In this document: positions 34,602-44,662 of the stretch, piece after piece
How positions within the stretch are numbered: position 1 is the first letter of the stretch
Layout of the letters: each line of letters opens with the position of its first letter
From: an uncultured Verrucomicrobiota bacterium
GTDB lineage: Bacteria; Verrucomicrobiota; Kiritimatiellia; RFP12; UBA1067
Assembly: GCA_946055075.1 (NCBI GenBank)
Contig: CAMGEN010000004.1
Span: 3,522-67,521, forward strand
Length of the DNA: 64,000 nt
Direction of reading: 5' to 3'
Program-made: the position numbers and the translations under genes
Notes under the pieces: model-generated
Database searches by the model: none
What the model was told of the DNA's origin: nothing
The model's input: the letters and a program-made list of their open reading frames with translations, nothing else

Positions 34602-37433
34602 ATGCAGTTCATCAATATCTTCATGCTTGTCGGACTCGCGTCAGTCGCGATTCCGATTATCATCCAGATCCTGAACCGCAAGAACTCTCGCCGGATTGAG
34701 TGGGGTGCGTGGATCTTTCTTGACAAGACGATGAAGAAGCGTAAGAAGAAGGTGCTGCTCGAGGATATTCTCCTTATGGCGTGCCGCTGTCTTGCGTGCG
34801 GGCTCCTCGCGCTTGCGTTTGCGCGTCCGTTTGTCCGTCCCGATTCGCCTGTGCCGTGGGCGGTGACGATGCCGGTACTCCTACTCGCGATGACGATGTT
34901 CGGCATTTCCTTCGCGCTCTGGCGTTATCCCAAGCAGCGCCGGATCATGTTCTGGGGTGGCATATTCCTCTTTGCGCTGTCGATTTCCACAATTGTCTTC
35001 GAGCGTTGGCTTAATCTCAAGCGTTTCGGGCTTGGAGCTACCAAGGACGTGGTTCTTATCGTCGATGGTTCATCGTCGATGTCCATTGTCCATGATGGTA
35101 AGACCAACTTCGAAAGGGCGATTGAGGAAACGAAGAAGTACGTTGAACTCGCTCCGCGCAACACCGCGTTCGCGGTTATCATCGGCGGGCCGGTCCCGCA
35201 GGTTCTGAACCCAGTTCCTGTGGCGGACAAGCGCGTAATCATGAATGCCTTGGACCGTCTTTATCTCGCGGACGGCACCATGCAGATCGCGGCGAACCTT
35301 ACGGCTGCAGCAGTCACGCTCGCGGCAGGCAAGAACGCGGTTAAACAGATCGTGATCGTTGGCGACGGACAGACCGTAGGCTGGCCGCTTGGCGAGAAAG
35401 ATCGCTGGATAACGTTGCAGCGCGTGTTCGCCTCGTTAAAGATCCAACCGATCATTACCTGGCGCACGTTGCCGTTGCCAACTTCGATCCGTAACCTTGC
35501 GGTCGAGTCGGTGCGTCCTTCACGCGCGGTGATCGGGACGGATCGTGAAGTTCGCCTTGACGTCACACTTGTCAATGCCGGTACTGAGGCGGTTACTCCG
35601 AAGGGCCTTACGCTTACCGCTGAAGGCAAGACCTACGAGGCTCATGACATTCATCAGCTTGAGCCTGGCGAATCGCAGACGTTCTCCTTCGATCATCGTT
35701 TCCGTCATAGCGGAGGACAGTTGGTTACGGCGAAAGTCGACTGTGGTGACGATTTGCCGAACGACGACAGGTACAATTTTGCACTGCCGGTCTCTGGGGT
35801 TATGAAGACGTTGATACTTGACGGAGGGTCGGGCAGCCGCATGGATCGTTCGGCTACTTACGTGTCGTTGGCGCTGCGCCCGGAATTCCAGCAGGCGGAT
35901 CTGTCTGGCGCGAGCGGCAGGCAGTACTTAATCGAAACGGATACGAAGCCGATTTCCGATGTCGCCGAGCAGGTATCATTTAACGGATGTTCGTCCGTGA
36001 TTCTCGCGGGCGTGCGTAAGCTTTCCGATAAGAACAAGCAAGCCCTTGAGGCGTTCGTTGCCGCCGGAGGCGGACTTCTGGTGTTGCCGTCTGTGGCCGC
36101 CGACGTCGCCGATTTAAATTCGTGGAAAGGCCTCGGTTATCCGTTCCTTCCGGCACCGCTTGAGAAGCTTCGTCCTAATAAAGCGGTATTTGACACCTCG
36201 TCTTTCAGTGACATGCTTGCGCGATTCAAGACTGGAACCGATCTCGCCACGGTGTTGCCTGAGCGAATCTTCGGCTTCGGCGAGTGGAGTTCCAACGCAG
36301 TCTGTGTCGCGAAGCTTGAAGACGGGTCGCCGTTCATCCTGCAGCGCAGTTACGGGCGCGGCACGGTGATGATCGCCGCGACCGATTTCACGCCGTCGTC
36401 CGGATTCGTCACCAAACGCGGCTTCCTTCCGGCGATGCACGAGCTTGCCTATTCGCTTGCCCAGCCGTCGGCGGTTCAGCTTGATGTGCGTCCGGCCGAG
36501 GGTCTGACGTTGCTTATCGCTTCCGGTTCTCAGGGTGGTTCGGCGTCGGCGGAGAACGGGTTATTCGGTTTTTATTATCCCGAGCGTAACTTCAAAGGCA
36601 AGCCGGTGACTCGTGTCGACCAGGGTTGCCGTTATCGTTTCGACGGTTCGCCTTTCCCAAACACAAGTTTCCCCGCTGATAATTTCTCAGTCTGCTGGCG
36701 AGGAGTCGTGATTCCTCCTGAAACCAAGAAATACAAGATTGGCTTTAGTGCCGATGATCGGGCTAAGGTCACGGTCGCGCGTCGGAAGCTCAACCCCTGG
36801 GGGACGGAAATTGAGCTTGAGGGGGGAAAGGCCTATTCGATTGACGTGCGCTTCGAAGAAGATGGTGGTCGCGCGGAGTTCACCCTCTGGTGGATGGTCG
36901 GCAATACCAAGCGTGAGGATTTGTCGCGGTATGTGCGTACGCGAGCTCCAGGAGTCCCTGGTGCCGGTGAGCCGGTTGAGGTTACTGATCCGCATGGCGA
37001 GGTATTCTATGCCGAAATATTCCCGGCGGACGAAGGACTTTTCCTTCGCGTTCAGAAGAGCATCGTGCCAGGAGTATACCGCGTCGGCGGTCTTCCCGAC
37101 CAATATCGTGATGCTCTTGCCGGCGTGATGACCAAGGATGATGGTGAGATCGTGTTCTCGGTTTCGGCGGGCGTCGAGGAGTCGACCTTGACGGCGATCA
37201 CGCAGGAGGAGCTTTCCAAGATTTCCGACTACGTGCAGATCACTCAGGCTATTAAGGATGAGGATGTGATCAAGGCGATCGCGGGTGAGAGCTTCGGAAA
37301 GGAAGTGTGGCGCATGCTTGCCATCTTCGCATTCCTGTTCCTTGTCGCCGAGCCGTTCATTGCGCGTTGGATCGCGAAGAACCGCCGCACCGGCGATATT
37401 ATCGATACGGAGGAGTCATGGATCAAAATGTAG
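34602..37433 (+). CDS. BatA-type N-terminal double-TM domain plus vWA domain plus PA14-like domain membrane protein
   Basis: MQFINIFMLVGLASVAIPIIIQILNR (BatA N-terminal pattern). VVLIVDGSSSMS (vWA MIDAS). GLFGFYYPERNFKGKP...FSVCWRGVVIPPETKKYKIGFSADDRAKVTV (PA14-like). C-terminal TM segment. Confidence 0.75.
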   Translation: MQFINIFMLVGLASVAIPIIIQILNRKNSRRIEWGAWIFLDKTMKKRKKKVLLEDILLMACRCLACGLLALAFARPFVRPDSPVPWAVTMPVLLLAMTMFGISFALWRYPKQRRIMFWGGIFLFALSISTIVFERWLNLKRFGLGATKDVVLIVDGSSSMSIVHDGKTNFERAIEETKKYVELAPRNTAFAVIIGGPVPQVLNPVPVADKRVIMNALDRLYLADGTMQIAANLTAAAVTLAAGKNAVKQIVIVGDGQTVGWPLGEKDRWITLQRVFASLKIQPIITWRTLPLPTSIRNLAVESVRPSRAVIGTDREVRLDVTLVNAGTEAVTPKGLTLTAEGKTYEAHDIHQLEPGESQTFSFDHRFRHSGGQLVTAKVDCGDDLPNDDRYNFALPVSGVMKTLILDGGSGSRMDRSATYVSLALRPEFQQADLSGASGRQYLIETDTKPISDVAEQVSFNGCSSVILAGVRKLSDKNKQALEAFVAAGGGLLVLPSVAADVADLNSWKGLGYPFLPAPLEKLRPNKAVFDTSSFSDMLARFKTGTDLATVLPERIFGFGEWSSNAVCVAKLEDGSPFILQRSYGRGTVMIAATDFTPSSGFVTKRGFLPAMHELAYSLAQPSAVQLDVRPAEGLTLLIASGSQGGSASAENGLFGFYYPERNFKGKPVTRVDQGCRYRFDGSPFPNTSFPADNFSVCWRGVVIPPETKKYKIGFSADDRAKVTVARRKLNPWGTEIELEGGKAYSIDVRFEEDGGRAEFTLWWMVGNTKREDLSRYVRTRAPGVPGAGEPVEVTDPHGEVFYAEIFPADEGLFLRVQKSIVPGVYRVGGLPDQYRDALAGVMTKDDGEIVFSVSAGVEESTLTAITQEELSKISDYVQITQAIKDEDVIKAIAGESFGKEVWRMLAIFAFLFLVAEPFIARWIAKNRRTGDIIDTEESWIKM

Positions 37434-40114
37434 TCCGTACCGACCTGTTGCCAGAGACGATGCAGCTATGGATCATTGCGGTTCTCGCGGTGTTCGGTAT
37501 CGGGGCGTGGGTCTGCTGTCATTGGGCGGTCAAACGTTATCTTACCAATAAGTTCAACGTCTGGTATCGTGCGCTTTTTTCAATTCCGCTCGGCACGATC
37601 GCCTCGTGGCTTGTGCTCCAGACGCTCGGGCGTATGATGTTTCTGGCCACGCACTGGTCGTTGTTCTTCGGTTCGATTCTTTCGGCTTTTTCGATTGAGG
37701 CGGTTAGCGCCTTTTACGCGCATGAATGCGCGCGCGTTCCTCCCAGAATCGCGAAGATTCTTGTTGCTTGTCGCATGGCTGCGGTGGCGATCGTGTTGCT
37801 CGTCTTGATGCAGCCGGTGATTATCTCCGACCGCGATCGTGAGGTCAAGCAGCGTGTTGTGATTCTCATTGATGATTCCGCGTCCATGCATTTCAGCGAC
37901 AGGCAGTTGACGGACGACGAGAAGAAAGATATCACTGAAGCACTCGGATTGAATGCTTTCCCCAAGAACGGGATGACCCGCGCCGAAATGGTGCGTCAGC
38001 TCCTCCATAGGGGTGGTGAGAACGCGTTCCTCAAGAAGATTCGGGAGAATTTTCATGTCGATATCTTTCGCTTCGGTAACGGCATTCGTCGCAAGGAACA
38101 GGTCGATGACGAGGAACTGCTTTCCGCTTCAGAGAAGATGTTCAGGTCCGTAACCGACCTTGCCAAGGCCCTCGAGCTTGTCGTCAAGAACGTACCTGCG
38201 GAGGAGATCACTGCTATCCTCATTTTCACCGACGGACGGCATAACGGCGACGCTGGCGTTGAATCCATCGCCCGTCGTCTTGGCGGCTATGGTATTAAAG
38301 TGAGTTCGGTGGTTGTTGGTGGTTCGATTAAGCCGTTCGATATCGCCATCTCCTCGGTGGACGCGCGCGAGTCGGTGTTTCTCGGTGATAAGATTCGTTT
38401 TTCGGTCACCGTTTCCGCGACGGGAGCTAATGGAAAGAAGGGGCGTATCGCCTTCAAGAACGAGAAGGGCGACCAGCTTGACGAGCAGGATTTTACGATT
38501 GAAGGTAACGAATGGGCGAAGGAGTTCCGGTTCGTCGACCTGCCGAAGGAGCAAGGAGTTTATCAGTATTCATTCGATATCAAGCCAGTGGCAGGAGAAC
38601 TCTTCGATGACAATAACTCCCGAGAGATGGATGTCGCAGTCTCAGACGACCGTACCAACGTCCTGCTTGTTGATGGCCGTCCGCGGTGGGAGTACCGTTA
38701 TCTGCGCAACCTTTTTTACGGACGCGATAAGTCGGTGCATCTGCAGGACTGGATTGTCCACCCGGACATGGTATTCGGCGTTCCTGTCAAGATTCGCGAA
38801 CCCGCTTCGGCCTCTCGTCCTTTCGGCGATTCCGAAGCCGGCGAGTGGCCGGTGCAGGATAACGACTGGCGTCAGTTCGATGTCATTATCATTGGAGATG
38901 TGGACGAGAGTGTCTTCACGGATGAGGCTATTCAGCAGCTTAAGTACAATGTGGAGGAGCGAGGAACGCTATTGGTGTTCATCGCGGGATCTGAATACAT
39001 GCCGATGACCTATAAGAATCCTGCCTTGCGCGATCTCATGCCGATCGAGTACACTCCGGACGGACAGAGCCACCGTGTCGCGCCAGAAAACGATTTCGTC
39101 TTCCAGCTGACTGCGGCGGGTCGTGGACATCCGGTAATGAGTCAGTCGTCTTCAAGTGCTGAGAACGAAGAGATCTGGCAGAATATTCCTGATTTCCATT
39201 GGCGTCTGCCGATCCAAGGTGTGAAGCCTGGTGCCGATGTTCTGGCGTATGCGAAGCCTCGTGGCGAAGACGGCAAGGTCAGTCAGCTGGCCGCGCAAGC
39301 CGAGACTATTGCAGCCTCTATCGAAGATGATCCGGAAGCGGCGCTCAAGCGGCTCGAGGAGATGCGTTCGGAGCAGGCGCGTCACGCGCTCGTCGTCTCG
39401 CAGATGAAGGGTAAGGGACGCGTCCTCATGCTTACGACGGATAACATGTGGCGGCTTCGTTCGAAGGCTGGCGACCAGCTGCATCACCGCTTCTGGGGTC
39501 AGGTTATGCGATGGGGCGCGGGTGAGAAGCTGCGTACTGGCAACCATTACGTGCGTATCGGCACCGATCAGTTGCGCTATGGCGCGGGTGAACCGATCAA
39601 GGCGTTCGCGAGGTTTCTCGACGACAAACATAACGGCTTGAATGACCTTAAGCCAAAGATTATGCTCATTCCGCCTGAGGCTAGCAGCGGTCGTACATAC
39701 TCCTTGCGACTCCGCCCTGATTCAAACGGCTTTTACGAGTGCGACCTGCCTGGTTGCGCCAAACCGGGAGTTTATCGTTTGCGGCTTGAGTGCCCTGCGG
39801 CCAATGAACGTCTCGGCCGGCGTATGCCGCCGGCGCTTGAGACTTCGTTCGTGGTCGTTACCACCAAACGTCCCGCCGAAGAGGTTGACATCACCTCGAC
39901 CCGCAACCAGGTCGAGCGGATCGCGGCTTCGACGGGAGGAAAAGTGTTGAAGCCGACGGACTACATAAAACTCTCCTCCGATCTCGGCGGCGGATCGAAG
40001 ACGCTCTCGGATCGTGTTGAATACCAGCTGTGGTCCACGCCTCCGCTCTTCATCCTGGTTATCCTGTTGGTCACCGCAGAGTGGGTGTTGCGTAAACGTT
40101 CTAACCTTTCCTGA
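37418..40114 (+). CDS. Multi-TM vWA-domain protein (Bat-operon type)
   Basis: GGAGGAG Shine-Dalgarno sequence and a 16-nt overlap with the upstream gene. N-terminal TM cluster. VVILIDDSASMH (vWA). FDVIIIGDVDE...GTLLVFIAG (amidotransferase-like fold pattern). C-terminal TM segment. Confidence 0.7.
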   Translation: MDQNVVRTDLLPETMQLWIIAVLAVFGIGAWVCCHWAVKRYLTNKFNVWYRALFSIPLGTIASWLVLQTLGRMMFLATHWSLFFGSILSAFSIEAVSAFYAHECARVPPRIAKILVACRMAAVAIVLLVLMQPVIISDRDREVKQRVVILIDDSASMHFSDRQLTDDEKKDITEALGLNAFPKNGMTRAEMVRQLLHRGGENAFLKKIRENFHVDIFRFGNGIRRKEQVDDEELLSASEKMFRSVTDLAKALELVVKNVPAEEITAILIFTDGRHNGDAGVESIARRLGGYGIKVSSVVVGGSIKPFDIAISSVDARESVFLGDKIRFSVTVSATGANGKKGRIAFKNEKGDQLDEQDFTIEGNEWAKEFRFVDLPKEQGVYQYSFDIKPVAGELFDDNNSREMDVAVSDDRTNVLLVDGRPRWEYRYLRNLFYGRDKSVHLQDWIVHPDMVFGVPVKIREPASASRPFGDSEAGEWPVQDNDWRQFDVIIIGDVDESVFTDEAIQQLKYNVEERGTLLVFIAGSEYMPMTYKNPALRDLMPIEYTPDGQSHRVAPENDFVFQLTAAGRGHPVMSQSSSSAENEEIWQNIPDFHWRLPIQGVKPGADVLAYAKPRGEDGKVSQLAAQAETIAASIEDDPEAALKRLEEMRSEQARHALVVSQMKGKGRVLMLTTDNMWRLRSKAGDQLHHRFWGQVMRWGAGEKLRTGNHYVRIGTDQLRYGAGEPIKAFARFLDDKHNGLNDLKPKIMLIPPEASSGRTYSLRLRPDSNGFYECDLPGCAKPGVYRLRLECPAANERLGRRMPPALETSFVVVTTKRPAEEVDITSTRNQVERIAASTGGKVLKPTDYIKLSSDLGGGSKTLSDRVEYQLWSTPPLFILVILLVTAEWVLRKRSNLS

Positions 40115-40125
40115 TTCGAAAAGCC

Positions 40126-43100
40126 ATGTATGATACCAAGAAGATACCTCCGGCGGTAGCGAAGATTCTGAAAGCGAGTCTTTCGCGCATTCGACACATT
40201 ATCTTGTTTCGCGGCATCTGTGCTACACTCGCCGTTTTTATCGCATCTGTTCTCGCGATCATGGCGATTGATGCGATGGTCACGATCTACTCAAACTGGG
40301 TCCGTTGGATGCTCTGGTGCGGTGTTGTCTCAGGTACTGGTTCAGTAGCCTGGTTCGCGCTTATTAAGCCGCTACGTCGCAAGATCTCGCTTTCTGATGT
40401 CGCACTCTTGATAGAGCGTAATCATCCTGAGCTGGAGGAGCGTCTGTCGACGGTCGTGGAGCTTGCGGAAGAGGGGCGGGGGGGCGAGGTGTGGTCCAAG
40501 GAACTTGTCAATGAGATCACCAAGCGCGCGATTACGGACGCTACCAAGGTCTCGCCGAAGAAGGAGTTCACCTCGCGTACGATCAAGCCCCGGTTCATCG
40601 TCGCCGCCGCCGCGGTGTTGGTCCTGCTCGGGCTCTTCGCGGCGTTTCCGACTGCTACCGCGCGACTCGTCGCGCGTGCGCTGATGCCAGCCGCCGAGGT
40701 CGACAACATCTACGCCTCGTCCCTGAAGGTTGCTCCCGGCGACCAGGTGCTGCTCGCCGGCAGCTCCTTCAAGGTGTCGCTTGCGGTCAACGGCGGCTTC
40801 CCGTCCAAGGCGTTCGTCCGCACTTCGGTGAACGGCAGGAGCGAGGCGGTCGAGCGCATGGTCCGCATGACCGAAGAGGAGGCGAAGGGTCCAATCTTCT
40901 ACGAGTTCGACTATCCTTCGGTTCACGAGAGTTTCACTTATCGCGTCAACTGTGGCAGCGCCCTCACCAAGGCGTACAGCGTGAAGGTGGTCCCGACCCC
41001 GACGTTCGTCGACCGGAAGATCCGCATCGAGCATCCTGCGTATACGGAGCGCAACCCGACCGAATACACCAACTCCGCCGAGGTCGTCGCCGTTCCTGGA
41101 TCGAGGGTAGTGATTTCGTTTAGAAAACCGCGCGAGGACATCACTGGTTACATTAAGATCCCCGGCGACTGCATCCTCGAGGCGGAGCCCGTCGGTGAGA
41201 ACGGGCTTGCCTTCGCCTTCGATGTCGGCAAGGATATGGACGGCATGTGGTCTGCGATGGCGCAGGATTCCAACGGCTTCTCGAATCAGGTCGTCTCCTC
41301 CGCGGTCACGGTTGCGAAGGACACTCCGCCCTCGGTCGAGCTTACTGTGCCGGAAACGGCCGAGATCAAGCTACCGCGTTCGGGAGTCCTGCCGGTGGAG
41401 TTCAAGGCCAAGGACGACTTCAAGGTCGCAAAGGCGGTGCTTGAGATCGCGGTCGGCACTGCCGACTACAAGGATCTGCGCGAGTTCGAGCTGTCGCAGG
41501 GACAGGACGGATACGTCGTCGGCTCCGAGATGGTGTCGATCCTCGCGCTCGGTTCGCGCCTCGGCAAGTCTGCCGCATTCCAGGTGCGCGTGCGGGTCGA
41601 AGACAACCTTCCCGAGGAACTCGGTGGACCAGGCGTCACGCGCTCCTCGTCCGTCCTCGTCGAACTTCAGACCAAGGGGCAGAACGGCAGCGACGGCGGC
41701 AAATCGCTCGGCCGGCAGGAGCTGCAGAAGCAGATCGAGGAGACCAAGAAGGAGTCGGAGGACATCCGCAGGACGCTTGAGACCGCGATGCGGCACATGG
41801 AGAACGCCAGGAACGGATACCGTCATACGAACAATCCCTGGAATCTGAACGACGCTAAGAAGAACCACGATCTCTGCAAGACCCATATCAGCAACGCGGA
41901 AGGCCTTTTCGCTGATTTCATCCAGAACCTGCTCGACACCAGACTGTCCACGGGCGCGGAGATCCTCCGCCCGGTGATGGACCGGCATCTCGTCCCCGTC
42001 CGCCAGGAGGTGGAGGATATCTACCTCGTCGACATCTCCTCTCGGTATGGCCCTGCGTGCAAGTGCTACGATCATTTCAAGGAACTCATGAAGGCGTATG
42101 ACGAGGCGCTCAAGAAATACCAGATTCTCACCAAGACCGCTGAGGACATGCAGAAGCTGGAAGACCTCAAGGAGCAGCAGGAGGCGTTGGCTGAAGCTGC
42201 TGAGAAGGGCGAGATGAGTCCGCAGGAGCTTGGCGACGCCGAGAAGCAGCTGATGGACGAGATGCAGAGGGAGCTGCAGGACGACATGCAGCGTTCGCTT
42301 GACAAGGAGATCGAGAAGGCGGAGAAGATCGCCAAGCGGATGGACGAACTCGCACAGAAGCAGAAGGATATCAAGGAGAAGATGTCCGGCGACGAACAGA
42401 AGAACTCCGAAAACCAGCTCGCCCGCGAACTCGAGAACCTGGTGCGTGAGACCGACAAGCTGCTCCAGGACGTCGAGAAGCAGACCGGGATCCCGGAACT
42501 GGACGAAAGTAGGACGGCGGAACCGCTTGAAAGCACCAAATGGAGTCAGGAGGATGCGACCGACAGCGCCAAGGATGCGGCGAAGAACCTCGGAGAACAG
42601 AAGAACGAGGAAGCCAAGGCCAACATGGATGAAGTTTCGGAGGCGCTCAGCCAGGCCAAGGAGCAGCTGACCGAAGCCCAGAACCGTATGAAGCAGGCCA
42701 ACGAGCGCTTCGCCAACGAGGCGAAGGAGATGCAGGAGCTGATGAACAAGATTAACGAGGCCATGCAGGCGGCGATGGAGGCGGCGAAGGCCGAGCTCGG
42801 CAATCAGCAGATGTCGCAGGAGCAGATGGAGCAGATGGCTCAGCAGGCGGCAGAACAGATGGCGGGTCAGGAGAAGATGTCTCCCGAACAGAGGAAAGCG
42901 ATGCTCGAGGCGATGAAGGAGAGTCTGGCGAACATGACTCCCGAGCAGGCGAAAGCGATGGCCGACGCGATGAAGGAGTCCATGAAGCAGGCGATGGAGC
43001 AGATGAAGCAGGAGTTCGGTAAGCTCTCGCCGGAAGAGCTCAAGGCGAAACTCGGCGAAATCGCAAAGCAGGCCGCGCAGGAGATGCAGCAGCAACAACA

Positions 43101-43578
43101 GCAGTCGCAGTCGCAGCAGCCGCAGTCGCCGGAGATGCAGCAGATGCAGCAGAAGTTCGAGTCCGCGGCCGAGATGATGAAGCAGCAGATGCAGCAGATG
43201 ATGCAGCAGCAGAATATGCCCCAAGAGCAATTCCAGCAACAGCAGATGCAGCAGCCGCAAAACCCGATGCAGCAGCAGATGCAGCAAATGCAGCAGAATC
43301 AGCAGAATCAGCAACAGCAGCAGGACCAGCAACAGCAGCAACAGGAGCAACAGCAGAGCAGTCAGAGCCAGCAGGAGAACCAGCAGCATCAGCAGTCTCA
43401 GAGTCAGACCAGTAATGTTCGCGAGGCTCTCGGTGAGGATGACGGCGTGGACTGGTTCCGCATGAAATCTTCTTCCTCTTCCGGTGCCGAAGCTGATCCT
43501 ATGGATGATGTTCCGAGCGAATACCGCGGATTGGTCCGTGACTATTTCAAGGCTCTCAATCAAGGAGGCAAAAAATGA
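40126..43578 (+). CDS. Membrane protein with a long coiled-coil and a Gln/Glu/Met-rich low-complexity C-terminal half (DUF4175-like)
   Basis: Two N-terminal TM segments followed by LLIERNHPELEERLSTVVEL. About 400 aa of E/K/Q coiled-coil. A Q-rich tract from 43081 to 43400. Terminal EYRGLVRDYFKALN. Confidence 0.7.
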   Translation: MYDTKKIPPAVAKILKASLSRIRHIILFRGICATLAVFIASVLAIMAIDAMVTIYSNWVRWMLWCGVVSGTGSVAWFALIKPLRRKISLSDVALLIERNHPELEERLSTVVELAEEGRGGEVWSKELVNEITKRAITDATKVSPKKEFTSRTIKPRFIVAAAAVLVLLGLFAAFPTATARLVARALMPAAEVDNIYASSLKVAPGDQVLLAGSSFKVSLAVNGGFPSKAFVRTSVNGRSEAVERMVRMTEEEAKGPIFYEFDYPSVHESFTYRVNCGSALTKAYSVKVVPTPTFVDRKIRIEHPAYTERNPTEYTNSAEVVAVPGSRVVISFRKPREDITGYIKIPGDCILEAEPVGENGLAFAFDVGKDMDGMWSAMAQDSNGFSNQVVSSAVTVAKDTPPSVELTVPETAEIKLPRSGVLPVEFKAKDDFKVAKAVLEIAVGTADYKDLREFELSQGQDGYVVGSEMVSILALGSRLGKSAAFQVRVRVEDNLPEELGGPGVTRSSSVLVELQTKGQNGSDGGKSLGRQELQKQIEETKKESEDIRRTLETAMRHMENARNGYRHTNNPWNLNDAKKNHDLCKTHISNAEGLFADFIQNLLDTRLSTGAEILRPVMDRHLVPVRQEVEDIYLVDISSRYGPACKCYDHFKELMKAYDEALKKYQILTKTAEDMQKLEDLKEQQEALAEAAEKGEMSPQELGDAEKQLMDEMQRELQDDMQRSLDKEIEKAEKIAKRMDELAQKQKDIKEKMSGDEQKNSENQLARELENLVRETDKLLQDVEKQTGIPELDESRTAEPLESTKWSQEDATDSAKDAAKNLGEQKNEEAKANMDEVSEALSQAKEQLTEAQNRMKQANERFANEAKEMQELMNKINEAMQAAMEAAKAELGNQQMSQEQMEQMAQQAAEQMAGQEKMSPEQRKAMLEAMKESLANMTPEQAKAMADAMKESMKQAMEQMKQEFGKLSPEELKAKLGEIAKQAAQEMQQQQQQSQSQQPQSPEMQQMQQKFESAAEMMKQQMQQMMQQQNMPQEQFQQQQMQQPQNPMQQQMQQMQQNQQNQQQQQDQQQQQQEQQQSSQSQQENQQHQQSQSQTSNVREALGEDDGVDWFRMKSSSSSGAEADPMDDVPSEYRGLVRDYFKALNQGGKK

Positions 43579-44615
43579 TGAATAAGCGTCTGACATTGGT
43601 GCTTTCACTAGCCGTTCTTCATTCTTTACTCTTTACGCTTCGGGCCGCGCCAAAGGAAGATGAAGTTGATATGGCGATTGAGCGTGGGCTCACCTATCTC
43701 CTCAACGTCCAGAAGCCGGACGGAAGTTTCCCGGGAGAGTGCCCCTGTGCGATGCCGGCACTTGCGGGCATGGCTTGTCTCGCCAAGGGACACGTTCCGG
43801 GAGACAAGAAGTACGGGCAGCTTATTGAACGTTCGCTGGACTTCATTCTCTCGCATCACGACGAGACCGGATATTTCGGTAAGCAGGGTGGAGGCAAGAT
43901 GTATTCCCACGCGATCTCGACGTTGTTTCTTACTGAGGTCTCTGGCATGGTCTCGAAGGAGCGCCAGGCGCAGATTGATGAGTGGCTTCCCAAGGCGCTT
44001 AAGGTGATCATTGATGCTCAGCGCGTAAAGAAGAACGGCTATAATGTCGGCGGCTGGCGTTATGAGCCTAATTCGTCCGACTCCGACCTCTCATGCTCAG
44101 GCTGGAACCTGATGGCGCTCCGGTCTGCTCGTCTTAATGGCGCCCAGATTCCCGATATCGTCATCAAGCGCGCCGTCAAGTACATGCACGCGCATCACAA
44201 CAAGAAGGACGGCAATTTCTGCTATCAGGGCAGCAACGGCAGCAACGGCGTCACGCTTTCCGGCGCTGGCATTCTCTGTCTTGAGCTCTGCGGCAGCCAT
44301 GAGGATCCGGATTCGCTCGATGCCGCCAAGTATCTGGTGGGCGTCTACAAGGAGAAGATGCCGGAACAGGGCTTCATGTATTACGGCGTGTATTACGCCG
44401 CGCAGGGGCTCTTCCAGCTCGGTGGTCAGTACTGGAAGGATTACGAGGATTGGATGTATTCTACCTACTTGCCGCGACAGCGGGAGGATGGCTCCTGGCC
44501 GCCTCATCACAACGAGCGTTCACAGGTGTACTGCACGGCGATGACCATACTGGCATTCTCCGTCCCCTATCGCCAGCTCCCCGTGTATCAGCGTGACGAA
44601 ACCGTCGACGAATGA
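43575..44615 (+). CDS. Secreted prenyltransferase/squalene-oxidase repeat protein (terpenoid cyclase-like alpha/alpha toroid)
   Basis: Signal peptide. Repeats QKPDGSFPG, ETGYFG, GGWRY and REDGSWPP. ATGA overlap with the upstream gene. Confidence 0.7.
   Translation: MMNKRLTLVLSLAVLHSLLFTLRAAPKEDEVDMAIERGLTYLLNVQKPDGSFPGECPCAMPALAGMACLAKGHVPGDKKYGQLIERSLDFILSHHDETGYFGKQGGGKMYSHAISTLFLTEVSGMVSKERQAQIDEWLPKALKVIIDAQRVKKNGYNVGGWRYEPNSSDSDLSCSGWNLMALRSARLNGAQIPDIVIKRAVKYMHAHHNKKDGNFCYQGSNGSNGVTLSGAGILCLELCGSHEDPDSLDAAKYLVGVYKEKMPEQGFMYYGVYYAAQGLFQLGGQYWKDYEDWMYSTYLPRQREDGSWPPHHNERSQVYCTAMTILAFSVPYRQLPVYQRDETVDE
43613..43640. repeat. Heptamer array CGTTCTT CATTCTT TACTCTT TACGCTT in the signal-peptide coding region
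   Basis: Read directly. The first 14 nt are identical to 48819-48832. Confidence 0.6.
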
Positions 44616-44624
44616 ACCGCTGAC

Positions 44625-44662
44625 AGTTGGGCGGTTGAGAGTTGGGAGTTGAGAAGTTGAGA
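44625..44662. repeat. Tandem 7-8 nt array AGTTGGGC GGTTGAGA GTTGGGA GTTGAGA AGTTGAGA spanning the intergenic region and the TonB start
   Basis: Read directly. Confidence 0.8.

Noticed and set aside
41371-43608. 745-aa minus-strand ORF
   Set aside because: Antisense to the coiled-coil/poly-Q gene. The translation is poly-Leu/His (LLLLLL runs), simply the complement of GAG/CAG-rich codons.
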